A stretch of 64,000 nucleotides of DNA, taken from the IMG/VR virus record IMGVR_UViG_3300023184_008808, positions 26,160-90,159 of that record, one strand, 5' to 3'. A model generated the notes under the pieces. That model was not told the origin of the DNA and made no database searches. It worked only from the letters and a program-made list of their open reading frames with translations. This stretch comes from a virus. A program made the translations under genes and the position numbers. Positions 48,855 through 57,715 of the stretch are shown piece by piece; position 1 is the first letter of the stretch; every line of letters starts with the position of its first letter.

Positions 48855-48961
48855 CTTTACTGTGAGTTTCCTGTGTCAAGAATCAAAGGTGTTTTTTCGA
48901 CCAACCACAAATAAAGCATTGGATTTTTCATTGTCTAGAATTTCCTTGACATATTCAACCA

Positions 48962-49552
48962 TTACTTTTTTTCCTTATTTTCTGATTTAGAATCATTCTT
49001 TTTTTCATTTGAACTTTTATTTTTAATACTTTCTTTTTGTTGCTTTTCTTTTCTTTCAAAGTACACGCTCCAGAGATTGGCTGCATCGTTTTTTTCACTT
49101 GGACCACTGCCTAAAACAGGGCCAAAATCAGTACGAAAATCTTTGTACTTGTTACGAGCAATATGAATACATGATTCTCTGGCTGCATTGGATACTAATT
49201 GATTGCTATCAGACAAAAGATGAATCAAACATGCATCATCTTTAAGTGCAAGTCCATAAGCCCAAGCGACAGCAACTCTATGATGGAAATCGCTGCTTTT
49301 TACAGCTATTTCATACATTTCATTATTGTTTTCTTTTTGTATTGTCTTTGCCATTTGCATGCAATATTGGCTAATAGCAGCAATTTGCTGTGCTGTATAA
49401 GCTTGTTGTTGCTGTTGTTGAAATTGCTGGTTTTGATTGTCTATTTCTACCCGACCGGGTAGGTTTAGATTTTGCCCTCAGCCAGCCTTAGCTTTTTGCG
49501 GATAAAAAAACAATGCACTACTAAGCAATATAACTTTAAAAATTTTCATCAT
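48962..49552 (-). CDS. putative secreted selenoprotein (in-frame UGA at codon 25) with Gln-rich linker and HEAT-like domain, 196 aa
   Basis: SD AGGAGA; MMKIFKVILLSSALFFYPQKAKA-G-[UGA 49480-49478]-GQNLNLPGRVEIDNQNQQFQQQQQQ... in frame with ORF 48962..49360; SECIS-like hairpin downstream. Confidence 0.72.
49447..49462 (-). promoter_or_regulatory. bacterial SECIS-like hairpin
   Basis: CUACCC-GGUC-GGGUAG beginning 16 nt after the UGA, with lower stem UCUA/UAGA. Confidence 0.68.
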
Positions 49553-49568
49553 ATGTTCTCCTGTGACT

Positions 49569-49597
49569 AAATTACCAAAAAAGCAAAAGTTTGTAAA
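49569..49597 (-). promoter_or_regulatory. sigma70-like promoter for the UGA-containing gene
   Basis: TTTACA-17 nt-TAATTT, same class as 10381, 24562, 34924 and 58681. Confidence 0.6.
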
Positions 49598-49600
49598 AAA

Positions 49601-49789
49601 TTACTTGTATTTAATTTGCAAGTAATAATCTGAATCATCATCATTGAAGGGATTGTTGGCGTGCACTTCCATTTTGCTGCCATCGTCAAATTCAATAATT
49701 AAAACTTCAACATCTTGTTCAATCTGTTGTGCAGTCTTTATTGTAGGAAGCTGTTTAATTTTGGCTATTTTTTTTCCGATCAAGTCCAT
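49601..49789 (-). CDS. hypothetical protein
   Basis: MDLIGKKI..LIIEFDDGSK; SD AAGGA. Confidence 0.65.
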   Translation of the reverse strand: MDLIGKKIAKIKQLPTIKTAQQIEQDVEVLIIEFDDGSKMEVHANNPFNDDDSDYYLQIKYK

Positions 49790-49886
49790 GCTAAATTCCT
49801 TTCTACATGGGAGAATTATTAAATTGATACATAAATTTACCACATACATATTTCAAAGTAAAGAGCTTTTTTATATTGGAGAGGAT

Positions 49887-50147
49887 ATGGCCAGTTTAGC
49901 ACTTTTAGTAACTTTAATGATATTTGGAATTTTTTTATTTGGGCCTTTTATTTACTTTATTTGTTTATTGCCTTTCTTGCCCATATTTTTTAAAAAATTG
50001 TTGGCAGTGATTTCTATTGCAGTAGGCATTTATTGGATTTTTTTGCCAGTTAGTATTATGAGATTTATTGGTTTGTTGCCTATATTTTGCGGTTGGAAAA
50101 TTCTAGATAATTGTAAATTTAATTCGGAGAGCAAAAACCATGAATAG
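49887..50147 (+). CDS. membrane protein
   Basis: SD GGAGAGG; 3 hydrophobic segments. Confidence 0.65.
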   Translation: MASLALLVTLMIFGIFLFGPFIYFICLLPFLPIFFKKLLAVISIAVGIYWIFLPVSIMRFIGLLPIFCGWKILDNCKFNSESKNHE

Positions 50148-50502
50148 TAAGCGTTTAGATGAATTGGCTAAGTTGGCTGGTTTGGGAGCTAAAGATAAAA
50201 AAGAAATTGTTGAATTTGCTAAGAAGCGTTATGGCGGGGCTTCAAAGATTGCGGATGATGCTCATGAAAAAGGTGGCGTAGCTTTATTGACTTACGAACA
50301 TTTTAAAGTCAAACTTCCATATTACAAGGAAGTTGCTGAAGGTGATTTTGATTTTGATACTTTAAAAAATCAATACACAAAGCTTTGCTCTGAGTTGCAT
50401 TCTTATATGGATGATATTGAAAAAGTGTCGCCAACAAAATTTCAACATCTTTTAGGAAAGATGGAAGTTATTGGCGAACTTTTAATCCAAAGTAAAGTTT
50501 AA
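50140..50502 (+). CDS. hypothetical protein
   Basis: SD GGAG, 120 aa. Confidence 0.7.
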   Translation: MNSKRLDELAKLAGLGAKDKKEIVEFAKKRYGGASKIADDAHEKGGVALLTYEHFKVKLPYYKEVAEGDFDFDTLKNQYTKLCSELHSYMDDIEKVSPTKFQHLLGKMEVIGELLIQSKV

Positions 50503-50927
50503 TTACCAAAGACCGTACACCAATAAGGTTGGCCTCTAGAATTACGAGCCATTCCAAAGCCAATTTTGCCAAATGATTTGTTAAGAATGTTGGCTCTGTG
50601 ACCTCGTGAATTCATCCAATCTTTAGTGGCTTCTGCTTCATCTGTTTGATTCCAAGCAATGTTTTCGCCTGCTGTATTATATTTTCCCATAAGAACATTT
50701 ATGTCTGAATGTTTTAAATTGTTTTTTTTAGCCATCCATTCAGCGTGTTTTTGAGCATACTCACAAAGGTAATTGTCGAGCGTGAAATTTTGAAGTCCTC
50801 TTTGTTCTCGTTGCTCATTATGAAGTTTAAGTAAAATATCATTGTTTGCAGTTGGTAGCAGATTTTGCCCACATCCAAGGATGAATAGAAGAAAAATTAA
50901 GACAATATTTTTTATAATTTTTTGCAT
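50499..50927 (-). CDS. CAP/SCP domain lipoprotein
   Basis: Lipobox ILGC; HN..R, AQKHAEWMA, GENIAW, WMNSRGHRANIL, YWCTVFG. Confidence 0.92.
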   Translation of the reverse strand: MQKIIKNIVLIFLLFILGCGQNLLPTANNDILLKLHNEQREQRGLQNFTLDNYLCEYAQKHAEWMAKKNNLKHSDINVLMGKYNTAGENIAWNQTDEAEATKDWMNSRGHRANILNKSFGKIGFGMARNSRGQPYWCTVFGN

Positions 50928-50959
50928 ATGCCTCCTGATGTATATATCAGGAGATTGTG

Positions 50960-51367
50960 CTAGTCTTTTATATTTTTTGATTCATACTTTTTTTCAAATG
51001 CTTTTAGTTCATGATATTTTTGAACAATTTCTTTTGATGGAGCCACAAAACAATATGTGGTATAATCTTCGTCTATTTCAAGAACTGGAATTTGTAATGT
51101 ATTTTTTATTGATATGGTAGCCTCATAAAGGCCACAAAGCATCAAATGTCTTCCTAGATCTAAAAATGCTTTAAATGAAATGATAACGATCCAGATGCTT
51201 ACTACTGTTACTTCGATGGCAGTGCCTGTGCTTATAACAGAGATCCATCCTCCTAAAGATAATGCTAATACAACTAACACAGGATGGAACAAAAAACTTT
51301 TTGGTTTTTTGTTTTCTTGATTTAAGATGTCTGCATATTGATCGAATGTAATAAAATTAGTGTTCAT
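50960..51367 (-). CDS. membrane protein
   Basis: Two TM helices. Confidence 0.7.
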   Translation of the reverse strand: MNTNFITFDQYADILNQENKKPKSFLFHPVLVVLALSLGGWISVISTGTAIEVTVVSIWIVIISFKAFLDLGRHLMLCGLYEATISIKNTLQIPVLEIDEDYTTYCFVAPSKEIVQKYHELKAFEKKYESKNIKD

Positions 51368-51422
51368 GTTTTTGTATAAGAGTTGATATATAAAATGTTT
51401 TCATCAAAGGCTAAAACCAATG

Positions 51423-51468
51423 AAACAAAATGGGAGAGATCATAAGGTCTCTCCCATTTTGTTTTTTT
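51423..51468. terminator. terminator hairpin
   Basis: AAACAAAATGGGAGAGA-8 nt-TCTCTCCCATTTTGTTT. Confidence 0.8.
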
Positions 51469-51797
51469 TAATCTTCATGCTGACAACACTTGTCAGGAGG
51501 AGTGTCCTTGTGTTTTGCACAAGTTCCCTCTTTTTCATGTTTTCCGCCACATCCGCCGTTCCCATCACAATCTTTGGTGTGATTGTGTTGTAGATTTTTT
51601 ACTACAGGACATTTACTTTCAGCATTTTCTGCTGATTTCATATGTTCATCAAGCATGTGCAGCAAACCAAAAGCCATTCTCTGAGCTTCAGTGCAATCAT
51701 CATGCTTTTCTGGGTAAGGTGGATCGCTACGAAGTTCGACATGAACTCCTTCATCATTTACCATTTCATCACGAAATAAAATCGTTACAGTAGCCAT
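51468..51797 (-). CDS. hypothetical protein with His/Cys-rich tail
   Basis: C-terminus HNHTKDCDGNGGCGGKHEKEGTCAKH..CCQHED. Confidence 0.75.
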   Translation of the reverse strand: MATVTILFRDEMVNDEGVHVELRSDPPYPEKHDDCTEAQRMAFGLLHMLDEHMKSAENAESKCPVVKNLQHNHTKDCDGNGGCGGKHEKEGTCAKHKDTPPDKCCQHED

Positions 51798-51815
51798 AAT
51801 GATTCCTTTTACAAA

Positions 51816-52373
51816 TTACTTGGTTGGTTTGTTAGACTCTTCTTTGGAAGCATTTGGCTTAACAGGAGAAGGTGTAGGAATAGGAATTGCAGACTCTTCT
51901 TTCTGATTCTTTTGCGATTTATCAGATTGGAATGCCTTACGGGCAGAGTCTTCACGACGAAGAGGTGAATTTGCAGGACAATTCATGTCTTCAGTAGCTT
52001 TGTGATAGCCATCTTCATAAGAGGATTCTCTAACATAATTAACTTGTTCAAGTCCTCTTTCGTATCCAGCATGCCAAATAGCACTGTGAGCATTCTTTTC
52101 AGGAGGATAGTTTTGGGCTGCTATAGACATGCCTTCAATTCTTCCTTGTTGGTATCCAAGTTCATTTAACTTTTCATGAGTGTTGTTCATATAACTCATG
52201 ATCATTTCGTTGAAGGTATCATCAACGATACGATCACGCTCCCTAGAAAGATCTCGCATCGTATTAAGACGGGAGATTTGAGATTGAAGTGCAAGATTGT
52301 AGCCAATCGACAAAGTTGCTGCTACAGTTGCCACGAACGCAAAAAGGGTGGTTCCCCGAGTGAAAGTGCTCAC
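51816..52373 (-). CDS. membrane-anchored protein with GxxxG (FliH/Yae1-like) repeats
   Basis: GTG start after SD GAGGAG; TM; GYQQG, GYERG, YEDGY. Confidence 0.7.
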   Translation of the reverse strand: MSTFTRGTTLFAFVATVAATLSIGYNLALQSQISRLNTMRDLSRERDRIVDDTFNEMIMSYMNNTHEKLNELGYQQGRIEGMSIAAQNYPPEKNAHSAIWHAGYERGLEQVNYVRESSYEDGYHKATEDMNCPANSPLRREDSARKAFQSDKSQKNQKEESAIPIPTPSPVKPNASKEESNKPTK

Positions 52374-52477
52374 AGTTATCGCTCCTCGATATATATGTTC
52401 GAGCGACCACCTTAGTCGCCCATCAACACACTTTCTCATACCAAAGAAAAAGAATCAAGTGAGGAAATGAATTATTT

Positions 52478-52915
52478 TTATTTTTTTAAGGGAATGCGTC
52501 TTCGCATTGGAATCATCGATTCGCCATATATGTCAAGATTGTTTTGTGCAAAGCTTTCCCCTGTCAATTCAAGAGCAATTTCTGCTTCTTGATCATTCAT
52601 TCTTTCAGCATCAGATGTGAAAATATTGCATAATTCACCCATAATAGGCGAATTATCTTTCTCATATTTAATGAGTTGTAAAACAACAGTTCCATTTTTG
52701 ACTAAAGCTTCAAGAAGATCATTGTGAGTGTATTCGCAAAAATTGTTGGGATATTGCTCATCATTTCGTCGTTTGATGAGCCATCTACTAGATGGGTCTT
52801 CATCATCATTGTCAGCTATGTGTGACAAATGTGTCTCAGCTGTGTTTATTGCGTTAGATGGGCTATTTGCAGTCTTGGGAACCGGATCATAACTCAGATG
52901 CACGAAGCATTTCAT
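52478..52915 (-). CDS. hypothetical protein
   Basis: Start after SD GGAGG. Confidence 0.7.
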   Translation of the reverse strand: MKCFVHLSYDPVPKTANSPSNAINTAETHLSHIADNDDEDPSSRWLIKRRNDEQYPNNFCEYTHNDLLEALVKNGTVVLQLIKYEKDNSPIMGELCNIFTSDAERMNDQEAEIALELTGESFAQNNLDIYGESMIPMRRRIPLKK

Positions 52916-53114
52916 GATTTCCTCCAGCATATTTGCCCATGTCAGAAATTCGTATCTATATTTCTGACAATTAAGACAAATACATTATCTAAAAGTATAT
53001 AGAGTTCATAATGTAGGAGGATTAGAACTATTTTATTTGATTTTAAACGCTAAACAAAAATATTTCCATTTTAACCTTAAAGGAAAATTGCTTAAATATT
53101 ATTTTTTATCTAAA

Positions 53115-53546
53115 TTAACATTCTAATGGATCTATTTTTAAATATAGTTGTAAAGGTGCTTCGTTAAAATAAAACTTAAGATAAGGGCACAACCAAGCAC
53201 ATTGCCCTGTCATAAGTCCTTTCAAATTCATTTCTGTAACTTTATAAATCCAACCATCATATTTGGGCTCTAAATATTCAAAAAAAACATCAGAGTTAGG
53301 AAAGTAGTTTTGAGAAAATCGCAATAAAAATCCATTTTCAAAATCAGGTATATTTTTTAATTTGCAGCCAATTACCAAAAGTCGATCAGCACCTACAACC
53401 ATTGGGCTTAATGTAAATTCAGTCATTCCTGCAGGAGCAAGTTGATACATTTGTCCTTTGTGTTCAAACTTCCAGTTGCCATTGTGTTGAATGCATTTAA
53501 AAGTGTTTACACCGATTTTATCAAATTCTGTTTTTAAGTTTTCCAT
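53115..53546 (-). CDS. DUF6717-like protein
   Basis: GADRL..GFLLRFS..FP..GWIY..WLCP.L..YF..AP..LY. Confidence 0.7.
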   Translation of the reverse strand: MENLKTEFDKIGVNTFKCIQHNGNWKFEHKGQMYQLAPAGMTEFTLSPMVVGADRLLVIGCKLKNIPDFENGFLLRFSQNYFPNSDVFFEYLEPKYDGWIYKVTEMNLKGLMTGQCAWLCPYLKFYFNEAPLQLYLKIDPLEC

Positions 53547-53572
53547 ATATAAATTTCAACCTTTATGTGCAT

Positions 53573-54034
53573 TTAAGTATTGCGTTTTTTTACTTCTCGA
53601 ATTTTCTTCTGGTAGGTATCTAAAATTTCTACAGCTTTAGTTTCTTTTGCTGGTTCAAGCATAACTCTTAAAAAGAATTTATGGTCACGATTTTTTTTGC
53701 AAATTCGTCCTTTAATCATCATATGTGGCAATGAGAGTTTTTCATTTCCAAATCCAAAAGATGCAACAGCACAGTTTTCAACTACTACGCCTGAATTTTG
53801 AGCAAATTCTCCAGCATCAAAAACAAATGGGCTCCATGTTTGTAAGCCATCTTTATTGCCTCCATATATTTCTTGGAAAACTGGTGCAATATATATTTCC
53901 CATATTTTCATTCGATGATTATATAAAGCTTTGCAATTAAAATGATTGCAGGAACATTTATATTCCCACTTTTCAGAAATTACTTCGATTAAGTTGTCGA
54001 TCCAATGAGGAATTTTTTTATTTTTATTATTCAT
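53573..54034 (-). CDS. hypothetical protein
   Basis: WEIYIAP..EIYGG..DG..F..D pattern. Confidence 0.7.
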   Translation of the reverse strand: MNNKNKKIPHWIDNLIEVISEKWEYKCSCNHFNCKALYNHRMKIWEIYIAPVFQEIYGGNKDGLQTWSPFVFDAGEFAQNSGVVVENCAVASFGFGNEKLSLPHMMIKGRICKKNRDHKFFLRVMLEPAKETKAVEILDTYQKKIREVKKRNT

Positions 54035-54044
54035 AAATTGCTCT

Positions 54045-54296
54045 TTAAATTATGAAGCTTTTGCTTGTAATCTCTTGATTGTTTTTATTATATGCGACTG
54101 CACGCAACTTTGGCGGGGGCATCCCAATTGTTTTATAGTTATTTTGAATAGTACCTGCTAAGCTGACCACAGCTTCTTTTGAAAGTTGCAATTCTTTCTT
54201 TTGATTTTCTGTCTTTATTTTGTCTGTGTCACAATCCAAAAGACAGGCAAAACGCATGCTATCAACAAATAGTAACATCCAATATTGTGGCTTCAT
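54045..54296 (-). CDS. hypothetical protein
   Basis: ATGA-coupled to the upstream gene. Confidence 0.6.
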   Translation of the reverse strand: MKPQYWMLLFVDSMRFACLLDCDTDKIKTENQKKELQLSKEAVVSLAGTIQNNYKTIGMPPPKLRAVAYNKNNQEITSKSFII

Positions 54297-54895
54297 GATT
54301 GTTGCCTATAGGGTAAAATAAGCCAGTAAATTATTGATTCGTCATAACTAAAAGGAACCATTTCAAGTTCAGGACAAATTAGCCCTGCTGCTCTATATTC
54401 TTTTAAAATAGCATCACAAATGTTTTGTGCCTCCTTTTGAGACTTAATTTGCAATTCTCCAGTTTGAGGCGATGTGGTAAAACAATCATTGAGATCGTCA
54501 GCAACAACGAATCGTTTGTTTTTACAAAAACGCACAGCCCATTTGTTTTCTTGTTGTTGATTTCCGCATAAATTATTTGCAAACATGAGGTGAGTGGCTA
54601 AAGTTTCTTGGGCTATTTTATAAGCCTTCTCAAAATTTATTTGACGAGAAACAACACTTCCGCAGTATTTAACTTGCTCTTTGAGTTCTTCCCATATTTT
54701 TTCTGGCACTATTTCAAAATTGCTAGAACGCAATTGATTTTGATATTGGACAAGCAAATGTTGAACTAAGGGTTCAAATTTAGGTTTTATTAGGGTTTGC
54801 ATGTTTGATTCTACCACATCAATTTTTGTTTGTAATTTAAAATGGAATTTCTTCTTTTTCTTCTTGATTAAATATTTTGCAAGACTTTTGACCAT
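54293..54895 (-). CDS. hypothetical protein
   Basis: 200-aa ORF; start uncertain. Confidence 0.65.
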   Translation of the reverse strand: MVKSLAKYLIKKKKKKFHFKLQTKIDVVESNMQTLIKPKFEPLVQHLLVQYQNQLRSSNFEIVPEKIWEELKEQVKYCGSVVSRQINFEKAYKIAQETLATHLMFANNLCGNQQQENKWAVRFCKNKRFVVADDLNDCFTTSPQTGELQIKSQKEAQNICDAILKEYRAAGLICPELEMVPFSYDESIIYWLILPYRQQS

Positions 54896-55097
54896 AGGTT
54901 GTACAGATATCGTCTACAATCAATTGTCTTTGTCCCAAAGAAAAAGAATGTGCACTAATAATCATTAAAATGATATCTTTCAATACCCATTCGGGACTTT
55001 CTCCTGATTTTAAAACAATATTGTCCAACAGATTGATCAATTGATTGATCTGATCTTCTTTCATAAAACTTATTTTAGAATCTTTTATTCTTGGCAT
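54837..55097 (-). CDS. hypothetical protein
   Basis: TAATG-coupled to the helicase gene. Confidence 0.6.
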   Translation of the reverse strand: MPRIKDSKISFMKEDQINQLINLLDNIVLKSGESPEWVLKDIILMIISAHSFSLGQRQLIVDDICTTYGQKSCKIFNQEEKEEIPF

Positions 55098-57289
55098 TAG
55101 GCTACCCCTGATTTTTTTTGGAATATAGCTGGATAAGTTTTAGCTAGTTGTCGGTGATATCGAGCTAAAATACAATATCCAGCTTGAACCTCTTTTTCAG
55201 TTTCCAAGCCAGCACTCAAAAGTAAATGAGCTACAACGGCATCTGGCTTATTAAAGCCTACATTGTCTTTTTCACGAGCTCCATCACATACTGCAAGCAT
55301 TTGTTTGAAAGCATCCCTGACATCTTTTACTTGTTCAGATGTTAGCGTAGGAATATTTTGAGCATAACGAGAAACTTCACGAGCGTGAATCTCATCTACT
55401 TTGCTTTTTGCATAAGCTTTGGTTTTCGCTGCATTTTCATCAGCTTTCGTTTTTTCAATTTCCTTTTGGCGTTCAAGAACCCTTGCCATACGGGCTTCAA
55501 ATTCAGTTTCTGTTTCTGTAATAGGTTCAGAGCCAACTGGAAGGCCTTGTTTTTTCTCTCCATTGATTGTCTTATCGATAGATCGATTGATCGTATCAAT
55601 CTTTTCAACAAGTAATTTTTGAACATGCAAATCAAGCGGATGATCTGATACCATACGAACAATTTCAACTTTATTTGCAGTTTGTCCGATTCGGCAAATT
55701 CGATCTTCAGCTTGCCAATTAGAAGCAGGAGTCCAATCGAGATCGACAAAAAGAGCTTTCCAAGCATGAGTCAGAGTGAGTCCAACGCCACCTGCACGAA
55801 TGCTGATTCCAACGCCTTTTAGATGACCAGCTTGAAACTCACGCACGATTTCTTGACGACGCTCTGGACTAGTATCACCAGTAATGATTGCCCAACCAGA
55901 ACGACCAAGTAAAGCATCTAGAGGTGCGAGATGGGCTGAAAAGACAACAAGAGGACAATCCTGTTCTTCAGCATTCTCAACATAAGTTAACATTTCATTG
56001 ATGCGTGACTTGGCCAAATCAGCACGAAGTTCAGCAAATTGTTCGAAAGGAGGAAGATTGTTGGTATTCACAACAACGCCTTCCCATTGTTGCCACATCT
56101 CATCAAGCTTGGCTTTCAGTGCCTTATTATCTGTGCCAACTAAAAGAGAGGTATATGTCTTGCTTGGAAGGTCAGGCAAAACCTCTTCACGACGACGACG
56201 AAGCATAACTCGACGCAAAAGCTCAGGCACAATAGGCTGAGGCTTTCCATAATTGGTCACAGATATTCCACGACGACTAACAGTATTGCGAGTTGCGTTA
56301 AATAATGTTTGGAAACGCTCATACGAACCAAATGCTTCTTTAGCCAATCCAAGCGTATCAAGAACGCCAAATAAATCTTCGGGACGGTTTGTCAAAGGAG
56401 AGCCAGTCAAGCCAGTAACTTTGGCACACAAGGAGGCTATCTCCTTGGTCTTGCGTGTACGAGCAGCTTTACGATTTTTATAATCGTGAGCTTCGTCGAT
56501 AATTAGATGAACATTCATTGCTTTTGAATTTTTGGATTTTAGATCATTACGATATTCAGCCAAGCGTGACCAATAAGCTTGCATAGGTTCACGAGTTTGG
56601 CGTGTGGGAGTGTTAAATTCTTCAGAAAGAATTTCATTGTTGATGATGACAACTTCACCTTTGTCTGGCCAACGAAAACTTTCACGACCATTAAGTACTA
56701 CTGGGGTAAGATCTGGACGCCATTTTTTGACTTCATCCACCCAGTTGTATTTAAGTCCAGCACGGCAAATAACCATTGCTGCACCATCATGGGGAATACC
56801 CATAAGTGATTGCACAGATTTGCCAAGACCCATTTCATCGCCCAGAAGTGCTTTCTTTTTATGAGCAAGGAAATTAACCCCAGTCACCTGAAAAGGATAA
56901 AGCCCTAAACTTGCAGCTTTTTCAGCTTGGCTTGTCATAGCAACAGTTCGAAGATTTGGTGCAACTTCAAGTCCGATTCGGTCTGCAATTTCAAGTATAC
57001 GGGCACGATCAGCCATCTCAAGGCTTACGCTCCACCATTTATTTTCTTTATCCCATCGAGCCTTTGGGAGGCTTTTAATGAGAGGAATGTTGTTTGGTTC
57101 ATAGCCCATGATGATTTTGCCATCGCTAGTTAAAACACGATGTTGTTGAGCAGCAGAGTCAGTGATTTTATGGGGAACACATTCGGAGCAGAAAACCGAC
57201 CACTTGCCTTCAATTTTTTCGGCAAAGCCAGCTTCTACGGCTAGTTCAGTTTTGCAGGTTTTGCATTTGCCAGAATAACGATTACGCAT
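55097..57289 (-). CDS. SNF2/SWI2-family helicase (HARP/SMARCAL1-like)
   Basis: LYPFQ, GDEMGLGKS, IIDEAH, LTGSP, GVGLTLT, QAEDRICRIGQ; N-terminal CxxC..CxxC. Confidence 0.93.
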   Translation of the reverse strand: MRNRYSGKCKTCKTELAVEAGFAEKIEGKWSVFCSECVPHKITDSAAQQHRVLTSDGKIIMGYEPNNIPLIKSLPKARWDKENKWWSVSLEMADRARILEIADRIGLEVAPNLRTVAMTSQAEKAASLGLYPFQVTGVNFLAHKKKALLGDEMGLGKSVQSLMGIPHDGAAMVICRAGLKYNWVDEVKKWRPDLTPVVLNGRESFRWPDKGEVVIINNEILSEEFNTPTRQTREPMQAYWSRLAEYRNDLKSKNSKAMNVHLIIDEAHDYKNRKAARTRKTKEIASLCAKVTGLTGSPLTNRPEDLFGVLDTLGLAKEAFGSYERFQTLFNATRNTVSRRGISVTNYGKPQPIVPELLRRVMLRRRREEVLPDLPSKTYTSLLVGTDNKALKAKLDEMWQQWEGVVVNTNNLPPFEQFAELRADLAKSRINEMLTYVENAEEQDCPLVVFSAHLAPLDALLGRSGWAIITGDTSPERRQEIVREFQAGHLKGVGISIRAGGVGLTLTHAWKALFVDLDWTPASNWQAEDRICRIGQTANKVEIVRMVSDHPLDLHVQKLLVEKIDTINRSIDKTINGEKKQGLPVGSEPITETETEFEARMARVLERQKEIEKTKADENAAKTKAYAKSKVDEIHAREVSRYAQNIPTLTSEQVKDVRDAFKQMLAVCDGAREKDNVGFNKPDAVVAHLLLSAGLETEKEVQAGYCILARYHRQLAKTYPAIFQKKSGVA

Positions 57290-57387
57290 CTTTGAGTCTC
57301 CTTGTTAGTTGTGTATTCCTTAACACATGCTCATCGACTGCTTGTCGTTTTTGGTCTAAGTTTTTTTTAATTTAATCAAAAATTATA

Positions 57388-57418
57388 AAGGGGCGTCGGT
57401 AAAATCCCGATGCCCCTT
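57388..57418 (-). terminator. terminator hairpin
   Basis: AAGGGGCGTCGG-7 nt-CCGATGCCCCTT. Confidence 0.7.
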
Positions 57419-57437
57419 ATTAAGAATCATTACCAAT

Positions 57438-57659
57438 TCAAACCGCCACTTGATTAGATTTAATGATTTGGATTAGATCATCAACACTTTCTATTTTTCC
57501 TGTTTTCTCTATTTTTATGTTAAATTTATCTTCAACTTGATAGATTAAATCAATAGCATCAAGAGAATCTAATGATTGAAATATGTTTTTAAATGTTTCG
57601 GGATTTTTATCTTCAGTTTGGAAAAAATCCTTTAAAAAATCTAATACCTGTTCCTTCAT
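57438..57659 (-). CDS. acyl carrier protein-like
   Basis: LDSLDAIDLIYQVEDKFNIKI (phosphopantetheine-attachment Ser), acidic; SD AGGAG. Confidence 0.8.
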   Translation of the reverse strand: MKEQVLDFLKDFFQTEDKNPETFKNIFQSLDSLDAIDLIYQVEDKFNIKIEKTGKIESVDDLIQIIKSNQVAV

Positions 57660-57715
57660 AATTCTTTCTCCTGAAAGATACCACAAATTATCCAAGCCGT
57701 TCTTGGATTTTCTTT

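Noticed and set aside
49199-49462. + strand 87-aa ORF
   Set aside because: Antisense shadow of the Gln-rich putative selenoprotein; its Leu/Cys runs mirror CAA/CAG codons.
55358-57133. Multiple short ORFs within the SNF2 helicase
   Set aside because: Antisense or off-frame shadows without SD or motifs. The same applies to the other nested short ORFs in the track (e.g. 1685..2260, 24935..25306).
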